DNA of 63,969 nt, filler included, from an uncultured Methanoregulaceae archaeon (GTDB lineage Archaea; Halobacteriota; Methanomicrobia; Methanomicrobiales; Methanospirillaceae), in NCBI GenBank assembly GCA_964530035.1. It is 6 parts of 6 records of this genome, joined end to end, with 100 filler letters (N's around TTAATTAATTAA, not from the genome) between each part and the next. Parts side by side here need not be neighbours in the genome. Positions count along the whole stretch, not along the records: positions 11,995 to 23,792 come from CAZGXZ010000070.1; positions 23,893 to 35,589 come from CAZGXZ010000071.1; 4 more parts are not named here. One strand, 5' to 3'. The translations under genes and the position numbers were made by a program. The notes beneath the pieces are model-generated. The model saw only the letters and a list, made by a program, of their open reading frames with translations, searched no databases and was not told the origin of the DNA. This document shows, piece by piece, positions 20,115 through 31,408 of the stretch (position 1 is its first letter; every line of letters begins with the position of its first letter).

Positions 20115-20975
20115 ATGCTGAACGATCTTATTGAAAAACGCAAAAAAATTTTGGCCGAGTCAGAACAACATAAAAACCGGAGAAATGAGCTCAACGCCCT
20201 CGCAAGCAAGTATGCACGTGAGCGCAACACCCTCAACAACCTTACACGTGAATACGTTGAAGAGGCCCAGAAAAACAAGGAACTGCGGGATAAATACAAC
20301 AATGAAGTCCAAAGCCTTAAAGAGAAGCGTAATGAGCTGAACGACCAGGCCAATGCCATATTCACCGAGATAGAGGCGTTTAAAAAGGAGCATGGCGGTA
20401 TCAGGAACCGTGGCATCAAGGAACTCCAGAAACAGATTGAGCACCTCGAGTTCCGGCAACAGACCGAGGTATTCTCGGTTGACAAGGAACGAGAGCTTAT
20501 TGACAAGATCAAGCAGATTAAGTCAACCATCAGGGAACAGGAAGCTGAACTGGAGCAGAACAAGGAAATACGGGGAAAAATCGGCAGTGCCCGCGACCTG
20601 CGAAAGGAGGCCTCGGATATCCATGCCCATGTCACTGAGCTTGCCGAACTTGCACAACAGCACCATGATTTCATGGTCGAATTCTACCGCAAGGCTGACA
20701 AGTCCCGCGAGGATGCTGACCTCTCCCATAAAAATTTTGTCGAGGCACAGGAATCTGCGGATTCCGAGCATAAGTACTTCATCGCATGCCAGAAAGAACT
20801 GCGGGACTATGATAAGGTGATTTCCGGTCTCCGCAAGAAAACCAAGAAAGTCAAGATGAGCAAGGAGCAAAAGGCGGTCAGGAAGGAAGCAGAGCAGATC
20901 TTCAAGATGTTCAGGTCTGGAGAAAAGCTGACCACCGACGACCTCCTGCTGTTGCAGAGGTCAAAACTCATATAA
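20115..20975 (+). CDS. archaeal coiled-coil protein (COG1340-like)
   Basis: All-helical heptad pattern; LEFRQQTEV...KERELIDKI; C-terminal FRSGEKLTTDDLLLLQR. Confidence 0.85.
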   Translation: MLNDLIEKRKKILAESEQHKNRRNELNALASKYARERNTLNNLTREYVEEAQKNKELRDKYNNEVQSLKEKRNELNDQANAIFTEIEAFKKEHGGIRNRGIKELQKQIEHLEFRQQTEVFSVDKERELIDKIKQIKSTIREQEAELEQNKEIRGKIGSARDLRKEASDIHAHVTELAELAQQHHDFMVEFYRKADKSREDADLSHKNFVEAQESADSEHKYFIACQKELRDYDKVISGLRKKTKKVKMSKEQKAVRKEAEQIFKMFRSGEKLTTDDLLLLQRSKLI

Positions 20976-21034
20976 CCTTCTTTTTTCAGAATAACACTAC
21001 ATATTTATAGATTTGACTCACTTTTCTATTAAGA

Positions 21035-22159
21035 ATGCCTCCGGCGCGGACACTTGTCCTCTCCGTTGATCGTGACGACGACATCGGTTTCAAGGCCGAT
21101 ATAAAAAGCCCGGTTATCGGTAGAGAAGGAGCACTCGATGCAGCGATTCAGCTTGCCCTTGCCGATCCCGAGGACTCGGACATTAATGCAATATTCCAGA
21201 CAATAAAAATATTCGATGAGTTACTGGAAAAGGGAGAAGACGTAGAGATAGCCGTGATCTCTGGCAATCACCTCCATATGATCGAGGGCGACAGAAAGAT
21301 CGCTGAATCACTCGAGACAGTCGTGGAAAAAACCGGAGCAACTCACTGCATCCTTGTGGCCGATGGTGCAGAGGACGAGTTCATCCTGCCCATTATCCAG
21401 TCAAGGATGATGGTTACGAGCGTCAGGAGGGTTATTGTCAACCAGATCCCAAACCTCGAAGGGACCTATTACATCATCAAGAAAGTTATCAGTGACCCGA
21501 AATTTTCAAGGTTTGCCCTCATACCTCTCGGTCTGGCGATGCTCCTGTATGCTGCGAGTTATTACTTCGGTTATCCACAGATCGCCACCATTATTGTCGT
21601 GGGTGCAATCGGCAGCTATCTCCTCTACAGGGGATTCGGCCTCGATGAAAACGTTCATGAATTCGTTGACGGACTCAGGGTCCAGCTCTCGAGGGGGCGT
21701 TTTTCCTTCGTTACCTACGTCGCCGGAATTATCATCATTGCCATAGGCATAATCATGGGCATGATGAGTGTCGTCGCTCATGCACCGAGCGGGTCATTCG
21801 GGCTTCTCCTCTATCTCATGAGCTTCCTGTATGGTGCAATCGAATGGTTCGTTGTTGCAGGGATTCTCATGTCCCTTGGGACCATCGTGGATAATTTCTT
21901 TTATGAACGGGAAAACATGCCTAAAGTTGTCATTTATCCGTTTTTTTTAAGTGCCGTAGGCCTTATCGCCTTTGGCGCCAGCACGTACGTGCTGTCGGTC
22001 AGCAAGGTTGCCCAGTTCCCGGTATTGCCCGAGGAAGCCTTCCAGTATATCCTCTATGGGACAATCGCCGGGTTAATCTGCGCATTTATAGGAGTAGCGT
22101 TCCAACTGCTCCTGACTCGTTGGATCCACTCAGGAAACCGGGCCGACGTGTCAGGATGA
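21035..22159 (+). CDS. DUF373 family membrane protein
   Basis: LVLSVDRDDDIG, ADPEDSDINA, VADGAEDE, NLEGTYY followed by several TM helices. Confidence 0.88.
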   Translation: MPPARTLVLSVDRDDDIGFKADIKSPVIGREGALDAAIQLALADPEDSDINAIFQTIKIFDELLEKGEDVEIAVISGNHLHMIEGDRKIAESLETVVEKTGATHCILVADGAEDEFILPIIQSRMMVTSVRRVIVNQIPNLEGTYYIIKKVISDPKFSRFALIPLGLAMLLYAASYYFGYPQIATIIVVGAIGSYLLYRGFGLDENVHEFVDGLRVQLSRGRFSFVTYVAGIIIIAIGIIMGMMSVVAHAPSGSFGLLLYLMSFLYGAIEWFVVAGILMSLGTIVDNFFYERENMPKVVIYPFFLSAVGLIAFGASTYVLSVSKVAQFPVLPEEAFQYILYGTIAGLICAFIGVAFQLLLTRWIHSGNRADVSG

Positions 22160-22175
22160 CATGAAACCCATAAGG

Positions 22176-22625
22176 TCAGATCTGCTGGTAGTACCCTATG
22201 CCTTCAGGGACTGAATCAGTCATCCTGAAATATTTCAGGCCCTGTGGAGTCCGGATGGTCAGATTTGGAACCGCTGCTGAAAAAGTGTGCCGAGGGTAGT
22301 AATACATCCCCGTGCCATAGATGGCGGCCCCATTTCTGACAACGACATCCGCACGGCCCGTATCACAGTATGTGACATCACCTGATGGTTCATCAATCAG
22401 GGTAAGGACACGGTTTTCAAGGTCATTTAACCCGATGAAGAGGAACAGAAACCGCATTCCGTCATCAATGCGATAGGTCAGGTGATACGTTGCCGTCCCG
22501 TGGTCCAGATCAAGGAATACCGATTCAAGGGACATGTATCCGAACCGCGAGTCACCTGCTGCTGCCACCACCTGGAAACTCAGTAAAATGAAAAGGATGG
22601 CAACGATAGGGCAGGCCCGGTGCAT
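22176..22625 (-). CDS. hypothetical secreted protein
   Basis: N-terminal signal-like hydrophobic stretch; fills the intergenic space. Confidence 0.65.
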   Translation of the reverse strand: MHRACPIVAILFILLSFQVVAAAGDSRFGYMSLESVFLDLDHGTATYHLTYRIDDGMRFLFLFIGLNDLENRVLTLIDEPSGDVTYCDTGRADVVVRNGAAIYGTGMYYYPRHTFSAAVPNLTIRTPQGLKYFRMTDSVPEGIGYYQQI

Positions 22626-22782
22626 CGGTGTAGGGTATTGTATTCAGGTGACAAATACCTTGGCCAGGTCAGAATCCCCACTCCTTGCATACCGCCTACC
22701 GGGGGAGCAGCAGGTTGTGAAAAAATCGCATCTGACACAAACCAGAGTCACCAGGACTGCCTGGGAAAATGAGGAGAGAAGA

Positions 22783-23064
22783 TTACCTGGGTGCCGCGAG
22801 GACTATCTCAATACTTGATACATTTGTCTTTCCGTCCTCTGTCTGGATTACTTCTGTTCCGGTAGAGATGGTTTTTTTTGTAACTCCGTTCAGAAACCGG
22901 GACAGAGCAATTTCCGCAGTATCAACAGCACGCGAGATTGCCTTTCCACGGGCTTTTATCGCTACCTCATCGGCTCCGTTGTTGAACTGGGTGACAACTG
23001 CCAGTACATAATTCATGACCGGTTTGTTCCCGACAAAAACAATATTGTCTTTCTGTTGTTGCAT
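22783..23064 (-). CDS. albA: DNA/RNA-binding protein Alba
   Basis: [40 protein letters not shown]. Confidence 0.97.
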   Translation of the reverse strand: MQQQKDNIVFVGNKPVMNYVLAVVTQFNNGADEVAIKARGKAISRAVDTAEIALSRFLNGVTKKTISTGTEVIQTEDGKTNVSSIEIVLAAPR

Positions 23065-23081
23065 CCGTGTGTCTCCGGAGA

Positions 23082-23792
23082 TCACAGGTACTTACGCGAA
23101 ACAATGAGCTCGGCATTGAGGATTGAAGCCCCGGCGGCTCCACGGATGGTATTATGGCCCATTGCAACATAGCGCAGTCCCTTACGGATACGTCCTACCG
23201 ATACCGTCATACCTCTTCCCCTCATCCGGTCAAGACGCGGTTGCGGCCGGTTGTCAGCATCATGGAGATATACAGAAGATGGTGGCTGCATAGGAAGGCC
23301 CGATATCGGTGGGTTGAATGTTCTGAACGCTTCACGCACCTGTTCAGGGTCCTCTTTGATGTCGAGCCAGAGCGCCATGGTATGCCCATCAAGTACGGGG
23401 ACGCGGTGACAGCTCGCACTCACATTGACGGGGGCGTTTTTCACCTCGTTTCCGTCGAGGGAACCCATGATCTTGAGAGTCTCCATCTCCATCTTCTCTT
23501 CCTCCTGCCCGATAAACGGGACAACGTTGTCATAGATGGCCATGGCCGCCACGCCGTTGAAACCTGCTCCGGATATTGCCTGCATGGTGGCAACCTGTAT
23601 CGAGGAATAGGAGAACTTCCGAAGAGGTGCGAGGGACATGGTCATCATGATGGTGGAACAGTTCGGATTGGTAACCACGAAACCGTTTACTCCCTGGTCC
23701 CGCTGGACATCGATGAGACCCAGGTGATCAGGATTGACCTCCGGGACAACCAGGGGAACCTCAGGCCGCATCCTGTTGGCACTCGCATTGCT
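23082..23792 (-). CDS. asd: aspartate-semialdehyde dehydrogenase (5' truncated by contig end)
   Basis: [48 protein letters not shown]. Confidence 0.95.
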   Translation of the reverse strand, partial: SNASANRMRPEVPLVVPEVNPDHLGLIDVQRDQGVNGFVVTNPNCSTIMMTMSLAPLRKFSYSSIQVATMQAISGAGFNGVAAMAIYDNVVPFIGQEEEKMEMETLKIMGSLDGNEVKNAPVNVSASCHRVPVLDGHTMALWLDIKEDPEQVREAFRTFNPPISGLPMQPPSSVYLHDADNRPQPRLDRMRGRGMTVSVGRIRKGLRYVAMGHNTIRGAAGASILNAELIVSRKYL

Positions 23793-23892
23793 NNNNNNNN
23801 NNNNNNNNNNNNNNNNNNNNNNNNNNNNNNNNNNNNTTAATTAATTAANNNNNNNNNNNNNNNNNNNNNNNNNNNNNNNNNNNNNNNNNNNN
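23793..23892. other. artificial contig linker
   Basis: N pad with TTAATTAATTAA. Confidence 0.98.
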
Positions 23893-25969
23893 CGTCACGA
23901 GCACCGGCATGGGCTCCGAGGTAGGGCATATCGCCCACATGCTCACGGAGCAGAAGGAGGAGAAGACTCCGCTCACGAAACAGATTGACCGCGTCACCCT
24001 GTTCATTATCGGCATGGCGGTGCTCGCCTTCGTAAGCATTGTTGCCATCGGCCTCTCGCAGGGAGAGTCATTCACCACGCTCTTCAATATCGGCATTTCG
24101 CTTGCCATCGGCTCGATACCTGACGCCCTGCCGGCGGTCGTCGTCGCCATCCTTGCCATGGGGACGGTCGCTATGGCCAGCAAGAATGCCATCATCAAGA
24201 GCCTGCCGGCGGCCGAGACGCTCGGGTCGACCTCGGCTATCAACTCGGACAAAACCGGGACCCTCACCATGAACCAGATGACCGTCCGGGTCATCGAGAC
24301 AGTGAATCACCGGTACAGCGTTTCGGGAGAAGGCTACAGCTTCGAGGGCAGGATCCAGCGGACGGAGGGCGATGCCGGGGAGGACCTGGACCACGTCCTC
24401 TTTCCCTCCGCCCTCTGCATTGACACCGATATCAGGGACGGGCAGGTGATCGGGGACCCGACGGAGGGGGCCCTCTATGTCCTCGCCGAGAAAGGCGGCG
24501 TGAACGTGCAGGAGTTCAGGAGGAACAACCCGAGAATTGCCAGCATCCCCTTCGACTCGGACTACAAGTTCATGGCGACCTTTCATGCCATGAAGGGGAT
24601 GGGAGGAAAGGAGGTCGTCCGGGCGTACATCAAGGGGGCCCCCGATGTCATCCTCTCACGGGCCACCCACGGCCTGATGCCGGACGGCTCCACCCGGCTC
24701 CTGACCGGGGAGGACCGGGAAAAGGTCCTCGCGGAAAACGAAAACATCGCCAGCTCGGGGCTCAGGGTCCTTGCATTTGCTGAAAAGGAACTCGACCCGG
24801 TGTCCTTTGACCCGAAGGCCGACCTCATGCCCCTCATGGAAGGCCTCGTCATGACCGCGTTCGTCGGCGAGGTGGACCCCCCGCGTGCCGAGGCGAAGGA
24901 CGCCATTGCAAAGGCGAAAAAGGCCGGGATCCAGGTCAGGATGATCACCGGAGACCACGCGGTCACGGCCGGGGCCATCGGCCGCGAACTCGGGATCGAG
25001 GGGCGTGCCATCACCGGGGCCGAGTTTGCCGCCATGAGCAACGAGGAAGCTGCACGGGAAATCGACGGAATCGGGGTCATTGCCCGTGTCTCTCCCGAGC
25101 ACAAGGTGAAGCTCGTCAACGTGCTCCGGGACAAGGGGAATATCGTCGCAATGACCGGCGACGGGGTGAACGACGCCCCGGCGCTGAAGGCGGCGGACAT
25201 CGGGATTGCCATGGGCATCACGGGAACGGACGTTGCAAAGGGTGCTGCCAAGATGATCCTCACCGATGACAACTTCGCGACCATTGTCACCGCCATCGAG
25301 GAGGGCAGGAAGATCTATGACAACCTCCAGAAGTTCCTCCGCATCCAGATCGCGAACCTGTTCATGTTCATCCTTGCGTTCCTCGGTTCTTCGGCATTCG
25401 CCATCGCCGGGACCGCCCTGTTCTCACCGGCGCAGGTCCTCTTCATCCACATGCTCATCGTAGCCCCGATCGGGGCGATGCTCGGGATGGACACGGCCTC
25501 ACCGGGGATCATGGAACGAAAGCCCAGGAGACACGACGAGTCAATCATCTCGAATGGTATGTATATCCGGCTGTTCCTCGCCGGGGCGTTCATGGCAGCG
25601 TCCGTTCTCCTCCTCTACCGCATCGGGGAGACTTCGTATGGTTCCTGGCAGACCGGCCAGACGATGGCGCTCATCTCTGTCACACTCATGAACATCTTCG
25701 TGACCCTGAACCTCAGGTTCCCGTCAGATACTGCGTTCAGTCGTTCGACGTTTTCCAACCCGAACCTTCTGTATGCCTATCTCTGGGTCCTGGCGAGCAC
25801 CCTGCTCATGACCGAGACAAGGCTGTTCCAGTACTTTTTCGGGACGACGTCCCTTACCGCAGACCAGTGGCTCATCTGTCTTGTCCCGGGAGTGGTCCTG
25901 CTCTTCGTCGGTGAGACGTTCAAGCTGTACCTGAGGCACAAGGAACGGCGGTCGGTTGAAGCGGTGTAA
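23893..25969 (+). CDS. P-type cation-transporting ATPase, P2A (Ca2+/Mn2+-type), 5' truncated
   Basis: DKTGTLT, GDPTEGAL, KGAPD, MITGD, TGDGVNDAPALK; TM4 reads IPDALP instead of the usual PEGL. Confidence 0.93.
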
Positions 25970-25975
25970 AAAAAC

Positions 25976-26688
25976 GGCTCCGTTGAAATCCTCCCGGTCT
26001 TCATTTTTATCCACTCCATTATGAGAGGTCTCCTTCAGCGGCGATTCCGATCAGGAGGTTTCCTATGGGAATGCAAAAAATGGCTACATAATAAGGATAT
26101 TTGAAGGGGAATTTTCATGGTTCGGGTGCGAACTTCAGTTCATTTGCATTTTAACAGAGTCGATTTTTTGGCTTTTACTTTTCACGAGCAGAGGATCAAA
26201 GGGATGAGAACCGGGGGGCTGCCACCCCCCAAACCCCCTGCATACGATAGCCATGGCAAGCCGTTGGCGATTTCCTGACAGCTGTTATTCGGGTTTATTT
26301 TCTCTCACTTTATCTGACCTTGGCGAGGTTTTTACCCTCTTAAAAGGCCGTGAGACCGCCGCCGGGGCGCCCGTCGGGGGCAGCGGGGTATCTTTTCGGG
26401 GGTGTGGGGGTATGCCCCCACTGAAGGGGTCGTGATTATAGAATAGCGGGAAAGATGTGCCTTCGGGTATTCGGGAAGGTCTGGAAGAATTCAAAAACGC
26501 CTGAAAAATTTCAGATCCCGTTTCTTCAATCATGCAGATTACATGCTAATTATGTCAGGGAAGGAGGAATTATTCAGAAAAATGAGATTTTTAGTTCTGT
26601 TAAAATCTTCTCTCTCTTCACTTTTATTTATCCTATTATGAGAGACCTACATCCGCTGCAATTCCAATCATAGGATCTCAACAGAGTA
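25976..26688. mobile_element. non-coding composite repeat element, copy A (186-bp TIR module + 431-bp core + 96-bp TIR module)
   Basis: Reverse-complement homologue of 31409-32131; module ends GGCTCCGTTGAAA / TTTTAACAGAGTC and AGTTCTGTTAAAA / TCTCAACAGAGTA. Confidence 0.75.
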
Positions 26689-26953
26689 AAAAACAATAAA
26701 AATCATTTTAGACCCCTGTATTCCTTCTTTTAAAAGGATGATGACCGGGTTGGGCATAAGGGATCCTGATTAAGAAACGACATTCATTTCACGGGATTGC
26801 GGTGACAGGGACAGGAAAAGGCCGTGTTTCCAGTCATTGAAAGGCAAGTCCGGGAGTCCTGGAATTCGTATCATAGAATTCCCTGTCAAAAAGAAGGTGT
26901 GCTCATTGGTTGCCGGGTGGGTTCGGACCTGATGAATCCCAGCTCCTTTCCGG

Positions 26954-27496
26954 TCATCCCAGCCGTATCTTTTCAGCAGCCTTTGCTCCTTCTGCCAGTT
27001 GTGCACCGAGATATACCAGCTCAAGGGGAGAAATAAAGCCGTTGGCCATGACGATACCCTTCTGCCTGATGGCTATTTCCTTCAGTTTTTTGGCCCAGAG
27101 ATGTTCGACGAGCATGATGCCTGCCGCGGTACCATTGGGCATGTCCTTGGCGATCGTCAGGAGTTCCTTTTTACTCAGCCCGAAGTCCTTCATGGCGGCC
27201 ATCTGGGCACCGACTTCAGCCCCAGCTGCTGCACCTTCTTTTCCTCCGGCCCCAAGGCCTATGAGGGCACCGACAACAGCACCAAGCTTGATCCGCTCCT
27301 CTTCAGGGAGCTGGGTGATTTTTGCAATGGCAACGTTTCCCTTTTCATCCTTGATTATGCCCGAGAGCCCGATGACCCTGATGAGCCCTTCCTGGCTCAG
27401 CGAGAACAGTTCTTTTAAAAGATCGCCTTTCAGGTTGTCGATCTCCGGGAATCCGATTGCTATCAGCTGGATTGGACCAAATTCTACCATTTTCAT
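26954..27496 (-). CDS. DUF1269/DUF6325-like protein with glycine-zipper segment
   Basis: GPIQLIAIGF, GLIRVI, GAVVGALIGLGAGG, LVEHLWA; related to 32510-32956. Confidence 0.75.
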   Translation of the reverse strand: MKMVEFGPIQLIAIGFPEIDNLKGDLLKELFSLSQEGLIRVIGLSGIIKDEKGNVAIAKITQLPEEERIKLGAVVGALIGLGAGGKEGAAAGAEVGAQMAAMKDFGLSKKELLTIAKDMPNGTAAGIMLVEHLWAKKLKEIAIRQKGIVMANGFISPLELVYLGAQLAEGAKAAEKIRLG

Positions 27497-28079
27497 GTCT
27501 CCAATATTTCAGGATACTGTCTCATTGATTTCATCATATATAAAAGGAGTAACTGCCTGGAGGGACCACGGGGTGCATCTATAAAGTAGTCTTATGTTTT
27601 GACGGTTTGTTTCAGTTTATTTTTAAAAAATGGTGTTCATCCAAGTTATTTCCCCTGCAGGGGATACCTGTGTCAATCAGTTTGTTAAAGCCTGTCCCAT
27701 CAGCATACATAAGAAATTTTTTTCAGGTGAGGCTTACATTTTCCAGATACGAGACGAACACCTGGTTAAGCACTTTAGGTTGACGAGCAGATGTCTGCGG
27801 GGCCGTTCATTTTTCCATCCATGTCATTGACCCGATGCGAAAAATAATCACATTGGTCGCTGAGTGAATGCAGAACTACCTGGAATCCTGGTATCGGGGT
27901 AGTATCTGTGGAACCGTGGGTGACCCCCGGTTGACCTGGTTGGAATGGCCGATACCCGAACAAATAACGAGGTCACATTGCGTTGCCCGAATACTAACGT
28001 TCTTTATCGCAAGAAAGCCCGTACCACAGACAGGTTAAGAATATAACTGAATACCGTACAGTCTCATAGTGTTTCCATT

Positions 28080-28658
28080 ATGACTGAAGCGGAGACTCCT
28101 TCAATGGGCATCACGCCGGGCATCCCGGTGTTCCCCTGGTGGCTGATCCTTATCCAGGGTATTATCACGCTTATCCTTGGGATCATGTTCCTCACGTATC
28201 CGTACGGGACCCTCCTCGTGCTCGTCACGTTCCTTGGTGCCTACTGGTTCGTCAGCGGCCTCATGGGGCTTATCAGCCTCGCGTATGACAAGTCGAACCT
28301 CGCCTGGAAGGTCGTCTTCGGGGTCCTCGGGATCATCGCAGGTATTGCCATCCTCGCATACCCGCTCTATAGTGCCTTCTTCGTCCCGTTCATGCTCCTC
28401 ATCTTCGTCGGGGTATGGGGCCTGATGATGGGTTTCATGAGCCTGTTCGCGGCATTCAAGGGCGGCGGCTGGGGTGCCGGCATTATGGGGCTCCTCCTGA
28501 TCATCTTCGGGTGCATCCTCCTTGCAAATCCCTACGTGGGTACACTGGTGCTGCCATTCGTGCTCGGGGTATTCGGGATCATCGGCGGGATCATCGCCAT
28601 CATCGGGTCCATCTACCTGAAGGGGCACCCGATGCAGATCCCCGAGCCTTCCCCCTGA
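28080..28658 (+). CDS. HdeD/DUF308 family membrane protein
   Basis: WWLILIQGII..ILG...P repeat architecture, about 6 TM helices. Confidence 0.85.
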   Translation: MTEAETPSMGITPGIPVFPWWLILIQGIITLILGIMFLTYPYGTLLVLVTFLGAYWFVSGLMGLISLAYDKSNLAWKVVFGVLGIIAGIAILAYPLYSAFFVPFMLLIFVGVWGLMMGFMSLFAAFKGGGWGAGIMGLLLIIFGCILLANPYVGTLVLPFVLGVFGIIGGIIAIIGSIYLKGHPMQIPEPSP

Positions 28659-28961
28659 TACTTTTTTCATTCATGCAAACAAGACCGGCAGCACCGGTCT
28701 TACGGCTCACACGTATTAAATAGGTCCCGCCCGATAGGATCGATCACAATACCCTGCTTCAGGTGGTTCTCATCGCGGTGATTCGTTTCATTTCAGGACG
28801 AATTGTCCATTCCCTTGTTGCCCCTTTTTTCAAAGGGATGAACATCTTCATTTCCGTGATTGTCCTTTGTACTCATGATGCTTTCACCAGGCAGCATGCC
28901 CTGAAGGTCGGGCTGGGAGCCGGTTCATGACCTCCGGAGGCAGATACAGGCAGGAAATACC

Positions 28962-30245
28962 ATGAGTCCCTCGACTTCGGAAGAGATGCCGGAAAAGGTG
29001 GGCCATCCAAAAATATGGCAGATAGTCCTGATCGCAACAGTCGCAATCGGTTTCACCACGATCTTCCTCGAGGGGTATCTTGTGGTAAATGGTATCATCT
29101 GGGAAAACGGATTTGTGAAAACCAACCGGTGGATTATTCCGGTTATCGTCGTTTTCTTTTCGTTCCTTGTCGGGGTCTGCCTGAAATACTTCAAAGCTCC
29201 CGATGTCATCCATGGGAACCTGACTGATTCGATGAAGGGGGAAGAGGCGCACTCGGATTACCGGATCTTTCCGGGGACGCTCCTGTCGGCGTTCTTCTCC
29301 CTGGTATCAGGGGTGAGCGTCGGTCCCGAGGGCCCCATCGCCATTCTCGTCATGGAGATCTCGGCCTGGTTCCGGGAGAAGCTGAAAATCATCAACGAGG
29401 TCAGCATCGGGTTCGACGTGGCGGCACTCGCCTCGGCCTATAACGGGATTATTGGAAACCCGCTGTTTTCGGCAGTGATAGCAACAGAGTTCAATGTCGG
29501 CAATAAGAACGCCCTGAAATTCATTGCCTGGAACCTCCTTGCCGGCGTGATCGGGTTTCTTCTTTTCAAGCTCTTTGGTTTCGCCTCCTTTGCGAGCTTC
29601 ATGGAGTTCCCGCCCATCGGGACGGTTACTCCGATGCACATCCTCTATGCGGTCATCCTCGGTGTCCTCGGTGCCGGCGTCGCCGTCGCCATCGGGGCCG
29701 TCATGCGGGGTGTGGGACAGTTCACTGAAAAGGTGTTTCACGGACGTGTCATGGAAAGGGTACTGTTTGCAGGTGTAATCATGGGTATCGTCTGCACCTT
29801 CATCCCGGAGCTCCTCTTTTCCGGGGAGTCGTCGATCCATGGCATTCTGAAGGAGCCAGCCATGTACGGGGCAGCATTCCTGCTCCTCATGGCTGTCCTG
29901 AAAATCGTGTTCCTTGCGCTGTCTTTCAAGAGCGGTTTTCTGGGTGGCCCGATATTCCCGACAATATTTGCCTGCACCATGATATCACTCGCGTTGAGCC
30001 TGGTCTTTCCCGGAATCCCGCTTGGTATCCTGGTGTTATGCCTTGAGGTGGCGGTCATAACCTGTGCTCTCGGGATACCCCTTACCGCCATCCTCCTCGT
30101 AGGTGTCATCGGGAATACGGACCCCCTTATGCTCTCGCTCCTCGTCATCTCTTCAACGGTCGCCCTTGTCCTCGGGATGGCGGTGCGGGAAATGAAAGAA
30201 AGTCCTCCTGAAGGTAACTCGGATACACCCGGTCAGGAGTCGTGA
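28962..30245 (+). CDS. ClC chloride channel/transporter-like protein (short YfeO-like form, no CBS domains)
   Basis: GVSVGPEGP, LLFSGE and GFLGGPIFP motifs; about 11 TM helices. Confidence 0.8.
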   Translation: MSPSTSEEMPEKVGHPKIWQIVLIATVAIGFTTIFLEGYLVVNGIIWENGFVKTNRWIIPVIVVFFSFLVGVCLKYFKAPDVIHGNLTDSMKGEEAHSDYRIFPGTLLSAFFSLVSGVSVGPEGPIAILVMEISAWFREKLKIINEVSIGFDVAALASAYNGIIGNPLFSAVIATEFNVGNKNALKFIAWNLLAGVIGFLLFKLFGFASFASFMEFPPIGTVTPMHILYAVILGVLGAGVAVAIGAVMRGVGQFTEKVFHGRVMERVLFAGVIMGIVCTFIPELLFSGESSIHGILKEPAMYGAAFLLLMAVLKIVFLALSFKSGFLGGPIFPTIFACTMISLALSLVFPGIPLGILVLCLEVAVITCALGIPLTAILLVGVIGNTDPLMLSLLVISSTVALVLGMAVREMKESPPEGNSDTPGQES

Positions 30246-30472
30246 GGCTACTCCCGGATTATTCCGGGCTGTTTCCTTCATAATCTCAGCTGTTGTGAAC
30301 ATAACGGGATGTCCGCCGGACCGATGAAATCGTATCTCTTTCAATCCCGGCGTAGTGCGAAAGCCCTCCGGACCCTCTGAAATGACCTTCTTTCTTATGG
30401 TGAATTTCCCTTCCCGCCTGGCTCATCCCTGAATCATCAGGCTATATCTAGTCTCACGGCCAATGAAGAAGC

Positions 30473-31393
30473 ATGGAAATCGCACTGGCCGTCCTTACAA
30501 TAGCAGGGCTGGTGCTGTTCGAGACTATAACGAGCATTGATAACGCCATTATCAATGCGGAGGTCCTCAACACGATGGGGGCCCGCATGAGGAGGTGGTT
30601 TCTCACCTGGGGCATCCTCATCGCGGTTTTTTGTATCCGGGGTGCGCTGCCGTGGCTCATCGTCTGGTTTTCAACACCATCCCTCGGGCCGGTCGGCGCC
30701 CTGACCGCGACATTTTCAAGCGACCCCTCGGTCATCGCCGCGATCGAGGCATCGACGCCAATCCTCCTCATCGGCGGGGGGACATTCCTGGTATTCCTGT
30801 TCTTCAACTGGATATTCCTTGAGACGAAGTACTACGGCCTCCGTGTCGAGCGGTACATCGCCCGGAAGGGTGTCTGGTTCTATGCCGTCGTATCGGTCCT
30901 CCTCGCACTCATCGTCTGGTTCTCTCTCCAGAAGGACCCGATGATGGCGTTTGCCGCTGTTATGGGCTCGACCGCCTTTTTTATCGTCCACGGTTTCAGG
31001 CAGAACGCAGAAGAACAGGAACGGAAGATGCTCGGCAGCGAGATGTCCGACATGTCGAAGCTGTTCTACCTTGAGGTCATCGACGCCACGTTCTCAATTG
31101 ACAGCGTTATCGGTGCCTTTGCATTCACCATGTCGGTGCCCCTGATCATCATCGGGAGCGGGATTGGAGCGGTTGTTGTCCGCCAGATCACCGTGTCGAA
31201 CACGAAGACCGTCAAGAAATACCATTACCTGAAAAATGGGGCGATGTACTCGATATTATTTCTCGGCTCCATCATGATAATGGACAGTTTCGGCTTCCAT
31301 ATCCCTCCGTGGGTCTCTCCGGTGATCACCTTCGCCGTCGTCGGATACTTCTTCTGGAAGTCAGCACGGGAGATCAAGGCAGAAGAGAACTGA
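30473..31393 (+). CDS. DUF475 (TerC-like) integral membrane protein
   Basis: SIDNAIINA, WFLTWGILIAVF, YLEVIDATFSIDSVIGAFA, YLKNGAMYSI. Confidence 0.88.
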   Translation: MEIALAVLTIAGLVLFETITSIDNAIINAEVLNTMGARMRRWFLTWGILIAVFCIRGALPWLIVWFSTPSLGPVGALTATFSSDPSVIAAIEASTPILLIGGGTFLVFLFFNWIFLETKYYGLRVERYIARKGVWFYAVVSVLLALIVWFSLQKDPMMAFAAVMGSTAFFIVHGFRQNAEEQERKMLGSEMSDMSKLFYLEVIDATFSIDSVIGAFAFTMSVPLIIIGSGIGAVVVRQITVSNTKTVKKYHYLKNGAMYSILFLGSIMIMDSFGFHIPPWVSPVITFAVVGYFFWKSAREIKAEEN

Positions 31394-31408
31394 TTTTTTC
31401 TGTAAAAC

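Noticed and set aside
26253..26673. Small ORFs inside the repeat elements (also 31754-32194)
   Set aside because: Frames are not preserved between the two homologous copies and show no transposase motifs.
30246..30472. yybP-ykoY (Mn2+) riboswitch upstream of the DUF475/TerC gene
   Set aside because: Expected from the gene class, but the consensus elements are not visible by eye; an Infernal scan would settle it.
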